IMG/VR virus record: IMGVR_UViG_3300030099_004693
Coordinates: 1-50,786 of that record
Reading direction: 5' to 3' (one strand)
Length of the DNA: 50,786 nucleotides
Origin: a virus
Lineage: Duplodnaviria; Caudoviricetes
The position numbers were made by a program, and so were the translations under genes. This document shows, piece by piece, positions 37,826 through 48,397 of this stretch. The notes below the pieces were generated by a model. The model was given only the letters and a program-made list of their open reading frames with translations. It was not told the DNA's origin and searched no databases. The stretch's first letter is position 1. Every line of letters begins with the position of its first letter.

Positions 37826-40800
37826 TATTTAATGCTTTTGGGTTTATATACTACTCCTATAGAGTCAATATATCCTTTTTGTCCGCGTAATCTAATACTT
37901 AAATTCTTTCCTTTAGTTCCTGCTGGAAACTTTAATACTGGAGAAACAACATGTATTAAAGCATTTGCACTATGACTTGCTGCCGTAGTGCCCATAATGC
38001 CTCTAGTTATATCTGCATAATTATATCTTGCAGTTTCGATTTTAAGAGCAGTACTAACAAACATTAATTCATCATCTATTCTAATTATATGACCTTCTCT
38101 AATAAATGATTGATATCTTTTAGTGTTATCAGTAGTATCTGCTCCAGAAGAAGTGTATGGTTTAATATCAGTTATCATAGCAAGAGATGTTTGCTCGGCA
38201 TTTATACTAGTTTCAAGTTTTGCTCCGCCCAAATTCAATGTTTCATAAAATCGTTCTTTGACTAATAATTTTACTAAGTCTCCATCTACATACGCTTGAA
38301 CAGATACAATATCATTTTTATTAGTTGAGTCATATTCTATTGGAGTGTCTTCAAGACTATATATGCTAGGAGTACCTAAAAATTTAATGCTTCTAAATAC
38401 TTTATCTTGAGTATCAGCCCCAAAGTTAATATCTTTACTAAACCAATCCCAACTTCTTCTATTGTAATCTACCCATTCATCAGATTCTAATTTTAGGTAA
38501 TTATATATATTAGTGTTGTCTGCTATTAATATATCAGAATCTTTAGAAAAAGTTACAGCATGTGGCGTTGGAGCATCCCATAAATCCCATCTTCTTTTTG
38601 CTATATTAAATGCAAATACTTTTCCTTCTCCAGCTGAATTAGATAAATGTATTAAAAAGCTATTGTGTTTACCAGAATATGACACATGTGGTTTGTGGCC
38701 ATTAGTTAATGTAGATTGAATTAGTTCTCTATATCCTTGCTCTAATTTTATAAATCCATCTGTATTAGTAGTATTATAAACAACAGAATCATTAGAAGAG
38801 TATAATATAGGGTCACCTATAGTAACTGGTTTGTTTCCATCGTGCAAGTATATATTATTTGAATCTATAAAGCAAAGACCATATTCTGTTTTAACAAAAG
38901 AATCTTTACTAGATACACTAAATCCTTGATAGCTATCTTCCACTAACATACTATAAGGGTCTATTTTATATAAATTATTTTCACCCCATACATAAAGTCT
39001 ACTGTTAAAACTGGTCATGCAAATTGGAGTTTCTGGCATAATAACAAAATCTTCTGTCCAATTAAATGCATAAAAATTATCAGGTTGAGACCTAAATATA
39101 TAATGCTTGACGTTACCTAATTCAGGATGTGAAGCCCTAGATACAAATAAATATCCTTGATGAGCACACGATAATCCGTAATTTAATGAAGTGTCTTCAA
39201 TACTTGCATCTATACCATTATTAGCAAAATATGTTGACTGTAAAACTCCTGTGTCTTGAATTGTAAAATTATAAGATTTTGAATCACTATTGTATATCCA
39301 GCTACTTTCAAAACTAATTACGCCAACTTTACTATACTCTACATCTATTCCGCCTTCATATTTTCTATATACTACAATTCCTGTAATTCTATCTGACATT
39401 GCATTGACAATATCTTCTGGAATAGCAATATTTATATTAATATATTCATACCTTTTAGTTCCATCTGTTGTAGATACAGTTAAAGAATGGCTTACAGATT
39501 CTTTTGTTAAGGTAGATTCATATTGGTTGTCATACTCATACGCTAATTTATAATAGTATGTTCCTTCTTCTAAATTCCCCTCAGTACCTTCTCCAGAATT
39601 TGTAAAATTAATATAAGTATTTAATGTAGTAAGTATTTCACTATCATCAGATGCGCTAAATAATTGCCCACTATCTCCTTCAGCATCAGATGCACTAAAA
39701 AAAGTGCTATTTAAATCTTCAGTATAAGTAGAACCTTCTTGTCTAAGATAAGAGTGAGTATTAGTTCCAAAATATACATTAGAACTATTTTGTGCATTCG
39801 TATTAATAAACCAATGATAATCTGCATTAGCAAGAGAATCTTTACTGTGATTTGCTAATGGATTAAAAGGAGCAAGTAAAAGTTGAGCTCCAGTAACTAT
39901 ACTATCATATTTATCTAATCCAGATTGTTTCATTTGCAGATTGTCAATTATAGTGCCATTAGGATTATATACTGTATCTAAATCAGTTATGTTTATAATT
40001 TCTGCTCCATGGGTTCCTCTATTATTTACTGATTGAGAAGTATCAGTAGCCCCAAATCCAAGACTTCCATAAGCTAAGCGGCTAACAAAAAGACCATTAT
40101 GCCACATTTCTCTATGGTAAGTACTATCTGGGCTTTTATCAGAAATTAAATCCCAAATATAATCAAAATTAGTTCTTAAAACTAAAGCTCCAGACCCTTG
40201 AGTGCCTTGTCTGCTAGTCGCGCATAAATATCCTGCGCAAAAATCATAACTTGAATCGTTAGTAGTGTCTACATTGCTATTTAAAACAAAAGGAAATATA
40301 CTAGAAATTTCACCCATATCTGCTATTGCTATTTTATGCATTGTACATACTGCTTGCATATTACTAGGCATCGTATTGTAAGGAGTTTTAAAATTAATAT
40401 CATTATCATTTACAACTGGGAATTTAAATCTACTGCATTGATACCACCATCCATCTAACCAATCTTGATTAGTCGACGACGGCTTTACTCCGCTTTCAAC
40501 ATTATCTGACAATGCTGTGCTACTAAAATTATTCCATCTATTTTTATTTAAACCTGCAACGCCTGTTGTATTAAAAATTTGAAATCCCCAGGCACTTTCT
40601 GCATCAGCCTCGCTAAATCCATCCATAAATGTCCCAGAATAATTTGTCATGTTTTGCCATGACCTATTAATATAAACATAATAGCCAGACCCTGGATTAA
40701 ATAGATAAGGCGGAGTATATCCATCCCATCCTTTATCTGTAGCTTCAGTAGTAGCTGTGGTGCTGGTATCATAAGCGCCTCCATTTACACTACTGTGAGA

Positions 40801-43800
40801 GCCAATTTGTATACTATTGTATACTCTAAACGAACCTAAATACATTGGTGGCTCTATTTCAGGTCCTCCAAAATTAGGTCTAGATAATTCTATTCCTCCT
40901 TTAGGACTTCTTTTGCTTACAAAAGAACCAGACTCATCAGTTAGTGAGCCATCATGCCCCTCCATTGGGGTAGTTAAATTTAATGCATCAGAGCCTTGTT
41001 CATATTTAACAGAACCTCTATGTCCACTATAATCATCGATAGTAAACAATGTATAATCGTTATTATAAGTTTTTATTCTTTCATAATCAGCGCCCATTAC
41101 TTCAAAAGTTCTACTTAAGTCACTATTATTTTGCAGTGTATAATCTGTAGTGCTAGTTCCTAATCCTTTTCTATGAAGCATTCCTGGCTGAACAACAAAA
41201 TCACCCTTTACTTTTCCAATAAAAGTTACTGCATGTTTAGGTCTATTATGATATTTTGATTCACTGTTTCGAGTACTTGAATGTGTATCTTCATTAAAAG
41301 TATCTGTATAATTTATACTGTGACCAGGATAAGCCATATTGCCATTATATAAACTAGAATAAGGCACTAAAGGATGTAAAGAATTATTTGTAGGCATTAC
41401 TTGCCTAGGACTATCTACGCTCCATCCAATATTATTTCCAAAAATTAAATTACCAGTTATGTCGCCTGCACTAGGCCCATAATATCCACCTACCCAATCT
41501 GTAGGTCTATTAAGATTACCAAAAGTATCGCCAGGTATAACTCTTATAGTGCCATTAGAAGCCCATCTTCCCGCTTTGTCATATATTCCCCATTCACAAG
41601 GATTACCATCGCCATTTGTTCCATCATATCCAGATAAGTCAGAACCACAATTCCAAACTTGAGCATCAGTCAAACCATTTAAAGTTGAAGAAGAGCTATC
41701 GTCATTTGCTTGAGGGTCTTGGTCATTTTTAATAAATGCAAATTGCCCAGGATACCACATTTTAGCATTATCATTACCAACCCTCCTACTTACTGTATGA
41801 TATCTTGCTTGTTGATATGGTGGAGTTCTATCCGCCATATACATTAATCTGCTCGAGGAAACTTCTGTTGTGTTAGTATTATATAAAAATAAATCCCAGC
41901 TATTAAATGAAGCTGATGATGATTTTTTGCCATATAATATCCAAAGTTTAGAGTTCCACCACTTGGGTTTTCTGTTGACGCTTAATTTTGGAACTTTTGT
42001 ATTAGAAGCAGTATCAATCCAAAACGCATATCCATCATCACACACGCTAACTGTATATGGTTCTGCAATATTAAAATTATCCCATTTATCTCCATCGGTA
42101 TCATATCCAGCAATATTATCATCTTCTTGTATTGCCATCCCTGCAAATCTTACAATATCCCCAGATGTTAATCTAGATTGATTGACTGTAGTTATTTTAT
42201 ATGCTTCATGAGTTCCAATAGCTCCACCAACAGCTTGAGTTGCTGTTTCTACTAAATTTATATCTCCACAATCAAATGTTTCGCATATACCAATAATAGC
42301 AGCATTATTAGGAATATTTGACCATCCTTCTACATTATGTGTTTTTGGGTCATGCTCTCCATTATACAGTTGGTCTTCAATGGTTCTTCTAATCATTCCC
42401 TTTCCATCTTCTGCATGTAATTGGTCAGGGATTCTAGTAAAATCTAAAGTCATATCTTCTATTTGTATACCAGTAGTAGATAATTCATGAAAATCTATTG
42501 CATTTAATCTATATATCGTATTTCTTGAATTTAAACTTGCAACATAAAATACTCCGTGCCTATAAAGTATTTTCATATAACCATTTTTATAAAACAAATC
42601 ACTATCTTCTACATATGGACTTGCTCCAGCATTTGCCAATCCAATAGAGTTATATATTGCTGGACTAGCACATTGTGATATAGAGCTAATAGCATTACCA
42701 GAATATCTGTCGTTATCTAATAAATCAATAGATGTAATTCTAGATTCTTGTCGAGTTATAGGTACGGTATCATTAGCATCTATAATAGATTTTGATATAT
42801 TAATACTTCCTGCTCCAAAAGCATCAGTATCTGCCGCAGATGTTAAACTAACTTTATATATAAAAGAGCTATCTTTTTTAATAGCATAAGCAAAAGAAGG
42901 TTGCTGTGTTACAGTGTTTCCTAAAAATCTAAGTATTGGAGCTCCTTCAGAAGTATTTCCGCAATACAAAAACAAATCTCCTGTTGCAACAGGGCCATCT
43001 CCTGAATTATTTTTATTAAAATCATAGTCTTTCCATTGTGCAAGAGCATCATCTGAAAAATCATTAGTGCTGCTATGATTAATTATTTTAAAAATTTGAC
43101 CTATTTTTAATGGATATAAATCTCCTGATGGATGTTCAATATGATATTTTAATGTGTTATTATCCCCAGTTCTATCTGAACTCGTATTTAATGTCAAATC
43201 AAAATCACCAAATATTTTATTAGAGCCTGCATTTACAGTATCATCTAAAGATATAGCAACTTCTCCTGCTGTATCTCCATGTATAGGAAACATCATCATT
43301 TCAGAAAACATTCCTGTAAAATCTTCACTTGATGGTGGTGCTAATTCTGCGTCAAAAACATTGTAATCTGTGCTTTTAGTCCCTACGATTGATTTACCAT
43401 AAGGCCTCATTATTACTTTTGGTTTTTTAGACTCTCCACTACCTAAACCAATGTGCACACGGTCATCAGAAGAGACAAAATTAAATTCTCCGATATCAGA
43501 TTCTATTCCTGGAAAATCAGTAATACCAATATTATTTCCATATAAATTCTCTACTATTGAAATAGTATCTATAACATTAGATGTACTAGATGCAGATTTA
43601 CCTATTACTAAATTAGTTTTATCTTTAGTGATTCTATCTGACGTAGTAATCATTTCTTTTACATATTGAACAGTCATTCCAGAACTAGAAGCAAAACCAG
43701 ACGTGCTTAATACTTTATCCTTATCTATTCCTTGCAATCTTCCATCAGATGTTTGTGGGTCTATGTTAGATGAGTATTTAGCAGATTGCTCATCAGTATC

Positions 43801-43866
43801 TGTTGCAGATGGAGTACTTACTATTCCTCCTGTAAACTTATTTATTTCTATTAATCTTTTCGGCAT
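37825..43866 (-). CDS. Large tail structural protein (nozzle/stabilisation-like), 2013 aa
   Basis: I..F.GG N-terminus, beta-propeller-like C-terminal region, W.SK..NFG...DK.FR.I, YYYKLAYEYD..ES module. Confidence 0.65.
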   Translation of the reverse strand: MPKRLIEINKFTGGIVSTPSATDTDEQSAKYSSNIDPQTSDGRLQGIDKDKVLSTSGFASSSGMTVQYVKEMITTSDRITKDKTNLVIGKSASSTSNVIDTISIVENLYGNNIGITDFPGIESDIGEFNFVSSDDRVHIGLGSGESKKPKVIMRPYGKSIVGTKSTDYNVFDAELAPPSSEDFTGMFSEMMMFPIHGDTAGEVAISLDDTVNAGSNKIFGDFDLTLNTSSDRTGDNNTLKYHIEHPSGDLYPLKIGQIFKIINHSSTNDFSDDALAQWKDYDFNKNNSGDGPVATGDLFLYCGNTSEGAPILRFLGNTVTQQPSFAYAIKKDSSFIYKVSLTSAADTDAFGAGSINISKSIIDANDTVPITRQESRITSIDLLDNDRYSGNAISSISQCASPAIYNSIGLANAGASPYVEDSDLFYKNGYMKILYRHGVFYVASLNSRNTIYRLNAIDFHELSTTGIQIEDMTLDFTRIPDQLHAEDGKGMIRRTIEDQLYNGEHDPKTHNVEGWSNIPNNAAIIGICETFDCGDINLVETATQAVGGAIGTHEAYKITTVNQSRLTSGDIVRFAGMAIQEDDNIAGYDTDGDKWDNFNIAEPYTVSVCDDGYAFWIDTASNTKVPKLSVNRKPKWWNSKLWILYGKKSSSASFNSWDLFLYNTNTTEVSSSRLMYMADRTPPYQQARYHTVSRRVGNDNAKMWYPGQFAFIKNDQDPQANDDSSSSTLNGLTDAQVWNCGSDLSGYDGTNGDGNPCEWGIYDKAGRWASNGTIRVIPGDTFGNLNRPTDWVGGYYGPSAGDITGNLIFGNNIGWSVDSPRQVMPTNNSLHPLVPYSSLYNGNMAYPGHSINYTDTFNEDTHSSTRNSESKYHNRPKHAVTFIGKVKGDFVVQPGMLHRKGLGTSTTDYTLQNNSDLSRTFEVMGADYERIKTYNNDYTLFTIDDYSGHRGSVKYEQGSDALNLTTPMEGHDGSLTDESGSFVSKRSPKGGIELSRPNFGGPEIEPPMYLGSFRVYNSIQIGSHSSVNGGAYDTSTTATTEATDKGWDGYTPPYLFNPGSGYYVYINRSWQNMTNYSGTFMDGFSEADAESAWGFQIFNTTGVAGLNKNRWNNFSSTALSDNVESGVKPSSTNQDWLDGWWYQCSRFKFPVVNDNDINFKTPYNTMPSNMQAVCTMHKIAIADMGEISSIFPFVLNSNVDTTNDSSYDFCAGYLCATSRQGTQGSGALVLRTNFDYIWDLISDKSPDSTYHREMWHNGLFVSRLAYGSLGFGATDTSQSVNNRGTHGAEIINITDLDTVYNPNGTIIDNLQMKQSGLDKYDSIVTGAQLLLAPFNPLANHSKDSLANADYHWFINTNAQNSSNVYFGTNTHSYLRQEGSTYTEDLNSTFFSASDAEGDSGQLFSASDDSEILTTLNTYINFTNSGEGTEGNLEEGTYYYKLAYEYDNQYESTLTKESVSHSLTVSTTDGTKRYEYININIAIPEDIVNAMSDRITGIVVYRKYEGGIDVEYSKVGVISFESSWIYNSDSKSYNFTIQDTGVLQSTYFANNGIDASIEDTSLNYGLSCAHQGYLFVSRASHPELGNVKHYIFRSQPDNFYAFNWTEDFVIMPETPICMTSFNSRLYVWGENNLYKIDPYSMLVEDSYQGFSVSSKDSFVKTEYGLCFIDSNNIYLHDGNKPVTIGDPILYSSNDSVVYNTTNTDGFIKLEQGYRELIQSTLTNGHKPHVSYSGKHNSFLIHLSNSAGEGKVFAFNIAKRRWDLWDAPTPHAVTFSKDSDILIADNTNIYNYLKLESDEWVDYNRRSWDWFSKDINFGADTQDKVFRSIKFLGTPSIYSLEDTPIEYDSTNKNDIVSVQAYVDGDLVKLLVKERFYETLNLGGAKLETSINAEQTSLAMITDIKPYTSSGADTTDNTKRYQSFIREGHIIRIDDELMFVSTALKIETARYNYADITRGIMGTTAASHSANALIHVVSPVLKFPAGTKGKNLSIRLRGQKGYIDSIGVVYKPKSIK

Positions 43867-44072
43867 TATTTATCGTACCATTTCTTTTCTTTAACTGGAG
43901 CGTGTCCAGTCAACATTCTAAGTTTAATTTTTTCTATTTCTTCTGTATTAGCTTTAACAGCCTTATCTAGCTCATTATCTTCAAATACATACTTATATAC
44001 CATTTCAAGCTTATCTAGCTTAAATTGCTTGATTACAAGCTTTAAAACGACTTTGGCTATTTTATCAACCAT
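43866..44072 (-). CDS. Hypothetical protein
   Basis: GGAG RBS; coupled to neighbours. Confidence 0.65.
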   Translation of the reverse strand: MVDKIAKVVLKLVIKQFKLDKLEMVYKYVFEDNELDKAVKANTEEIEKIKLRMLTGHAPVKEKKWYDK

Positions 44073-44349
44073 CTAACTCCCTTCCACATTCTTTGCAACT
44101 TTTTTTGTTTGCTTCATTTATTTTTATCATAGTGTCTAACATTGCTTTTGTCGCTTTAAGCTCCATTAATGCTACCTTTTGCGCGTCTATTAATTTAATA
44201 ATAATTGCCTCTAATCTGCCAAAACTTTCGTCAAGTTCTTGCATTAATGTATCTTGTATAAATTTATTCTGTTTCCATATAAAGAAACCGAACGCTATCG
44301 CTACAGCTATGGGGACACCATACTGCTCTATTATTTGCAGTATTTCCAT
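44065..44349 (-). CDS. Holin-like protein (BhlA/UviB-type: N-terminal TM plus coiled coil)
   Basis: IIEQYGVPIAVAIAFGFFIWK followed by a coiled coil. Confidence 0.55.
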   Translation of the reverse strand: MEILQIIEQYGVPIAVAIAFGFFIWKQNKFIQDTLMQELDESFGRLEAIIIKLIDAQKVALMELKATKAMLDTMIKINEANKKSCKECGRELDG

Positions 44350-44513
44350 TAGCTATTAAAGTATATTTTTTTAAGAATAAATAAGACGAGTATAGCTGCC
44401 ATAACAGAAATCATATCAGTAGCATGATTGCCACTATCACTTTCTATAGTAACAAATGGAGTCTCTATTTTAAAAGACTCCAATTTTTGTGTGTTATGCG
44501 CTATACTATCCAT
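44349..44513 (-). CDS. 54-aa membrane protein (not in ORF track)
   Basis: MDSIAHNTQKLESFKIETPFVTIESDSGNHATDMISVMAAILVLFILKKIYFNS; TAATG overlaps on both sides. Confidence 0.7.
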   Translation of the reverse strand: MDSIAHNTQKLESFKIETPFVTIESDSGNHATDMISVMAAILVLFILKKIYFNS

Positions 44514-45298
44514 TATTTTTTCTTACCTTTAATAAGCTCTCCCCATAAGGAAGCTTGGCCATTTATTATTTGTACAACATGCACAGTAAAATTACCTTTA
44601 GTATAAAAATCAACTACTCCAAAAGCATGTGCCCATTTATGCTGTCTACCACCTAACCACTTGTTTTTATCACCAGACATATCTTTAAGACATCCTAATG
44701 ACCATGCAGACTTAGGTCCATCCATGTGTGTAACAGAATCCTGTTGCAAACTATGATGATGCCCATACATGATATTGCATCCAAGTTTCCTTAGATGGTT
44801 AGATGTATGATACTGACCACCAAAATGATGACCATGATAAAAAAACATTTTACCTATTTTAAGGTAATCTCCTGGTTTATGATATGTATACCCACGTTCA
44901 TCTGATTTTATTGCCTTTTTAAAACCATATCGGCTTAAATAAGGGTACTCAGATACAAAATGGTCTAACCATTCATCGTGATTACCAGCAGTAATATGTC
45001 TTTTTTTGCATCCTGCTTTATCTAAAGAGCTATCCATTAAATCTAAAAACTTATTAACAGACTTAATTTCTTCTTCTACTTTCGGTATAATATATTCAAC
45101 TGGAGGTTTTTTCTTTCGTTTCCATTGCCAATGAGATACGCTACCCCATTCTCCAACGTCACCTAAGTCAATATATACATCAGGCTTTATTATTTCTACA
45201 GCCTGTCTTACTACGCTAGTAGCAAGAACATCATGTAGAGGAACATGTTTGTCTGGTGTGACAACGACACGTTTTACAACGCCTCTATCTTTACTCAT
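44513..45298 (-). CDS. Calcineurin-like metallophosphoesterase
   Basis: PDKH, LGDV.E, GNHD, HGH, GHHH. Confidence 0.9.
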   Translation of the reverse strand: MSKDRGVVKRVVVTPDKHVPLHDVLATSVVRQAVEIIKPDVYIDLGDVGEWGSVSHWQWKRKKKPPVEYIIPKVEEEIKSVNKFLDLMDSSLDKAGCKKRHITAGNHDEWLDHFVSEYPYLSRYGFKKAIKSDERGYTYHKPGDYLKIGKMFFYHGHHFGGQYHTSNHLRKLGCNIMYGHHHSLQQDSVTHMDGPKSAWSLGCLKDMSGDKNKWLGGRQHKWAHAFGVVDFYTKGNFTVHVVQIINGQASLWGELIKGKKK

Positions 45299-45306
45299 TT
45301 ATTCTC

Positions 45307-45624
45307 CTACGAGAACTCTGAACGCTCTAAAAATCCCCAATCATCTGGATTTGTAAATGTATCTTTAACTTGTTCAAGCATTTTCTCTGTTCTCTTTACG
45401 CTAAACCTTCTTAGCAAGTTCCCACATTCAAGACAGCCCCATATAATGGGGCCGTCATACGCACCTAAGATTTCTATGCCTCTTATTGAATAGCTACGGC
45501 ATTCAGGACACTTTTTAGGTCTATTTCTAAAAGCATTATATTTTTCATTAATGCCTACGTCGCATAGGATGTCTCCAGTATGTGATTCAATCATATCCTC
45601 AAATACTATCATCCTATCTTTCAT
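45307..45624 (-). CDS. Zinc-ribbon protein
   Basis: CPEC...W.CLECG. Confidence 0.7.
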   Translation of the reverse strand: MKDRMIVFEDMIESHTGDILCDVGINEKYNAFRNRPKKCPECRSYSIRGIEILGAYDGPIIWGCLECGNLLRRFSVKRTEKMLEQVKDTFTNPDDWGFLERSEFS

Positions 45625-45917
45625 TATTTATCAGACCTTAAGCCTTTAATTAGGCCTCTTACAGCACCTCCCATAAAGTTATCTACAAGGTCAATAAACC
45701 ATGGCTCTATTGTTGAGTTCCAAAGTCCTTTTGTAACTTTCCATTTACCAAGACCTAACGTCATTGCTTTGCCTAAAGTTTCAAAAGTTGTCTCTACAAC
45801 AGAACAGATATGTTCATTAGGAACTTTTTTTAGTACCCACAATGCTATACCAGCAGCACCTCCGCCAGTCATTAAGCCTGCGTTACCTGTTAAAAATGTC
45901 ATAAAACTAGATTCCAT
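45624..45917 (-). CDS. Putative membrane protein
   Basis: Gly-rich hydrophobic N-terminus; AGGAG RBS. Confidence 0.65.
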   Translation of the reverse strand: MESSFMTFLTGNAGLMTGGGAAGIALWVLKKVPNEHICSVVETTFETLGKAMTLGLGKWKVTKGLWNSTIEPWFIDLVDNFMGGAVRGLIKGLRSDK

Positions 45918-45946
45918 AACTTCTCCTGTTTAATTAAACTAATTTA

Positions 45947-47389
45947 CTACACTGTTCCCCATAATTCAATGAGAAATTTTCCTGCAGAATAATCAGCATC
46001 TCCAGAGCTTTGACAAACTAAATAAAGGTAATCATTGCCTACAGGTAAAGCTGCATTATTAAATATAGTTGTTGTTCCTAAAGTTTGGGTTCCACCATCA
46101 ACAACTTGTTTTTCTGTTAATGTTGATATTGCTGTATCTTCAACACCAGTGCCTTCTGAAGCTGCGTATAAATCCATATCTTGGACAGTAGGCTGTTCTA
46201 AGCATGTAATTCTACCACTAAATATAGTGCCGTTAAGAGCTGTTGTTATTTGACCTATATGGCAAGGATTACTTGTTCCATCATTACCAATAATATCTCC
46301 AGCTGCACTATGCCTAAGCCCTGTAACATCTATTAGTATACTTGTTTTTATAACAGTTCCGTATCGTTCTACCCAGCTTTTATGAACTTCGCCAGTAGCA
46401 TCTGTAATACCTGTTCCTGGCGTAGGACCTGTATTTCCATTTAATAAAACTTTACTTGCAAATGTATTATCACCTGCCCCTGATTGTACAATATTTTGTG
46501 TTAATGTAACTACTCCGCTACCTGATATTGAAATAGCATCTCCATCACCCGTAGTTCCTATAGTGCCAGAATTTTGCAAAATAAGATTACCACCTAATGT
46601 TACAGCTCCAGATGTTAATATAGCACCGCCATCTGCTATTGTAATAGCATCATCCCCATCTGTATAAGCTATTTTAGTTGTTCGAAGTTCTCCATTTCCT
46701 AAATGAAGGTTGCCACTAGCATCTAAAACAAAATCATTATCTAACTTAGTAGCTTGAAAACCTGTTCCTGTATGTATTACAAAAGCACCTACATCACTTT
46801 CTTGAGAATCATCTATTCCCATCCATACTTCGCAAGTGTCGTGCCTAAAATTAATAGTTTTATCAGCAGCATCATCACCATCACCTATTACAATATCATC
46901 ACCTTTTACTATTAAATCTCCTGATACATTTACATTGCTATCCGCATCTGTTTGAATTGCTACTCCGCCATCCTGTGCATATATTGTATTATTACCTAGC
47001 TGAACTCCTGCTAATGCTACAAACTTAGGAGTAGACGTTACTATTCCAGCGCCTGCAGGAGTAAGAGTTAAGCCTACATTAGTTTCTCCAGCAGTTGTAA
47101 TTGTTACTGCATTTCCAGTAGCAGAATTAGTTATTCCTAAATATCCTACTGCATCAGTTGTAGATGTTAATAATATAGATTCATTCCCATTAGAATCGAA
47201 TATTGTGCCATTAGAAAGCTTTATTCCTAATGCAGCAGTAATTAAGCCTGAAAAGCTCATAGGAGATGCGAATGTAGTTACTTCTGAATCAGCATCGCTG
47301 CCATCAGTATAATATAGTTTATTATCTCCTTTTTGAAATAAAAGTTTTTTATATGTAGTCGATATTACTGCATCTGTTAATGTGCCCAT
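45947..47389 (-). CDS. Fibre/spike-like virion protein
   Basis: G/T/D-rich beta repeats (GDDAITI / GDAISI); beta-sandwich-like C-terminal domain. Confidence 0.65.
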   Translation of the reverse strand: MGTLTDAVISTTYKKLLFQKGDNKLYYTDGSDADSEVTTFASPMSFSGLITAALGIKLSNGTIFDSNGNESILLTSTTDAVGYLGITNSATGNAVTITTAGETNVGLTLTPAGAGIVTSTPKFVALAGVQLGNNTIYAQDGGVAIQTDADSNVNVSGDLIVKGDDIVIGDGDDAADKTINFRHDTCEVWMGIDDSQESDVGAFVIHTGTGFQATKLDNDFVLDASGNLHLGNGELRTTKIAYTDGDDAITIADGGAILTSGAVTLGGNLILQNSGTIGTTGDGDAISISGSGVVTLTQNIVQSGAGDNTFASKVLLNGNTGPTPGTGITDATGEVHKSWVERYGTVIKTSILIDVTGLRHSAAGDIIGNDGTSNPCHIGQITTALNGTIFSGRITCLEQPTVQDMDLYAASEGTGVEDTAISTLTEKQVVDGGTQTLGTTTIFNNAALPVGNDYLYLVCQSSGDADYSAGKFLIELWGTV

Positions 47390-47397
47390 TATTACTC

Positions 47398-47676
47398 CTA
47401 AGTTGTTGTACTTCCGTCATCACGGAACCATCTTGATATTTTATCTTTACTGAATTTACCTGTTATAGAATCCCAACCTGCATCATTAAAAAAAACTCCA
47501 GTTATTTGATTAAATTTAAATGCCCCAGGCGCAGTTAATTTTGGACCAGAAAAATTGCCACCACCGTCATCTACAACTAGATTTGAATCAGCTGTATGTA
47601 ATCCAGAGCCTTGCTTGTAAGTATCTGCAGGCTCAACAGAATTATTCCCTTTAATTGTTTCTCTAGTCCAGGCCAT
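47398..47676 (-). CDS. Hypothetical structural protein
   Basis: Coupled within the structural operon. Confidence 0.6.
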   Translation of the reverse strand: MAWTRETIKGNNSVEPADTYKQGSGLHTADSNLVVDDGGGNFSGPKLTAPGAFKFNQITGVFFNDAGWDSITGKFSKDKISRWFRDDGSTTT

Positions 47677-48095
47677 TAAAAATCCTGAGGTGCAATAACA
47701 CCAGTTTGTATATAATTACTTCTTGCAAATTTCTTTGCTTGTTTAACTACCTTTTCATATTCCATGTCAAAATATTGAGCTATGTTAATATCCATAGTAG
47801 GAGGTGTTTTATATCCCATTGCTATAACTTTATATACTAATGCTTCATGAAATTGAGTTGGTATATGACCTAGTGGTCCAGCAGATGTATTTTCAAAATC
47901 TGATTCTACTATTTTGTCACCAGTATTAAAATGGTCTGCTTTGCATATACTATTAATTCTAATTGGTTTTGCTTCTGATATAGTTTGATAATTAGTAGTA
48001 GCATTGTCTACAGTAGTAGAACCCTTTTTTTCTATAATAGATAATCTATCATTGTCTACAAAATAAAATCTAGCTGGATTTGTATTTATACTCAT
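47676..48095 (-). CDS. Putative head-tail adaptor/ring protein (C-terminal-type half)
   Basis: IP.QFHEALVY...GY motif typical of adaptor proteins. Confidence 0.5.
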   Translation of the reverse strand: MSINTNPARFYFVDNDRLSIIEKKGSTTVDNATTNYQTISEAKPIRINSICKADHFNTGDKIVESDFENTSAGPLGHIPTQFHEALVYKVIAMGYKTPPTMDINIAQYFDMEYEKVVKQAKKFARSNYIQTGVIAPQDF

Positions 48096-48397
48096 TACAT
48101 TTCCTCCGTAGTAGTATCATCTATTATAGGCTTTCCTGTTATTCTTGGTATTCTAACATCATTTAAATATACTTCTCGTATTGTAAGTATTTCACTTGGT
48201 AAGCTATAATATCTTTTATTTGCAGTTGTAGAATCAGGGTCAACATTAGCTCCTAAACTAAAACTATGTTTAATAATTTCTGTTTTAGCGCAAAAATCAT
48301 CAGATGCTCTGTTTAATAGTAATCTAATTTCATTATCAGCCATATTAGGATGATGTTGTCTAATTAATTCTATCATTTCATTCAATGTCATTGCCAT
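48095..48397 (-). CDS. Putative head-tail adaptor/ring protein (N-terminal-type half)
   Basis: MTLNEMIE...LLNRA..DFC..T...YSLP.EIL.I..V motif. Confidence 0.5.
   Translation of the reverse strand: MAMTLNEMIELIRQHHPNMADNEIRLLLNRASDDFCAKTEIIKHSFSLGANVDPDSTTANKRYYSLPSEILTIREVYLNDVRIPRITGKPIIDDTTTEEM

Noticed and set aside
23800-46253. Many short + strand ORFs within the minus-strand structural block, and minus-strand ORFs in the early block
   Set aside because: Antisense shadows of long genes, with no RBS and unnatural composition
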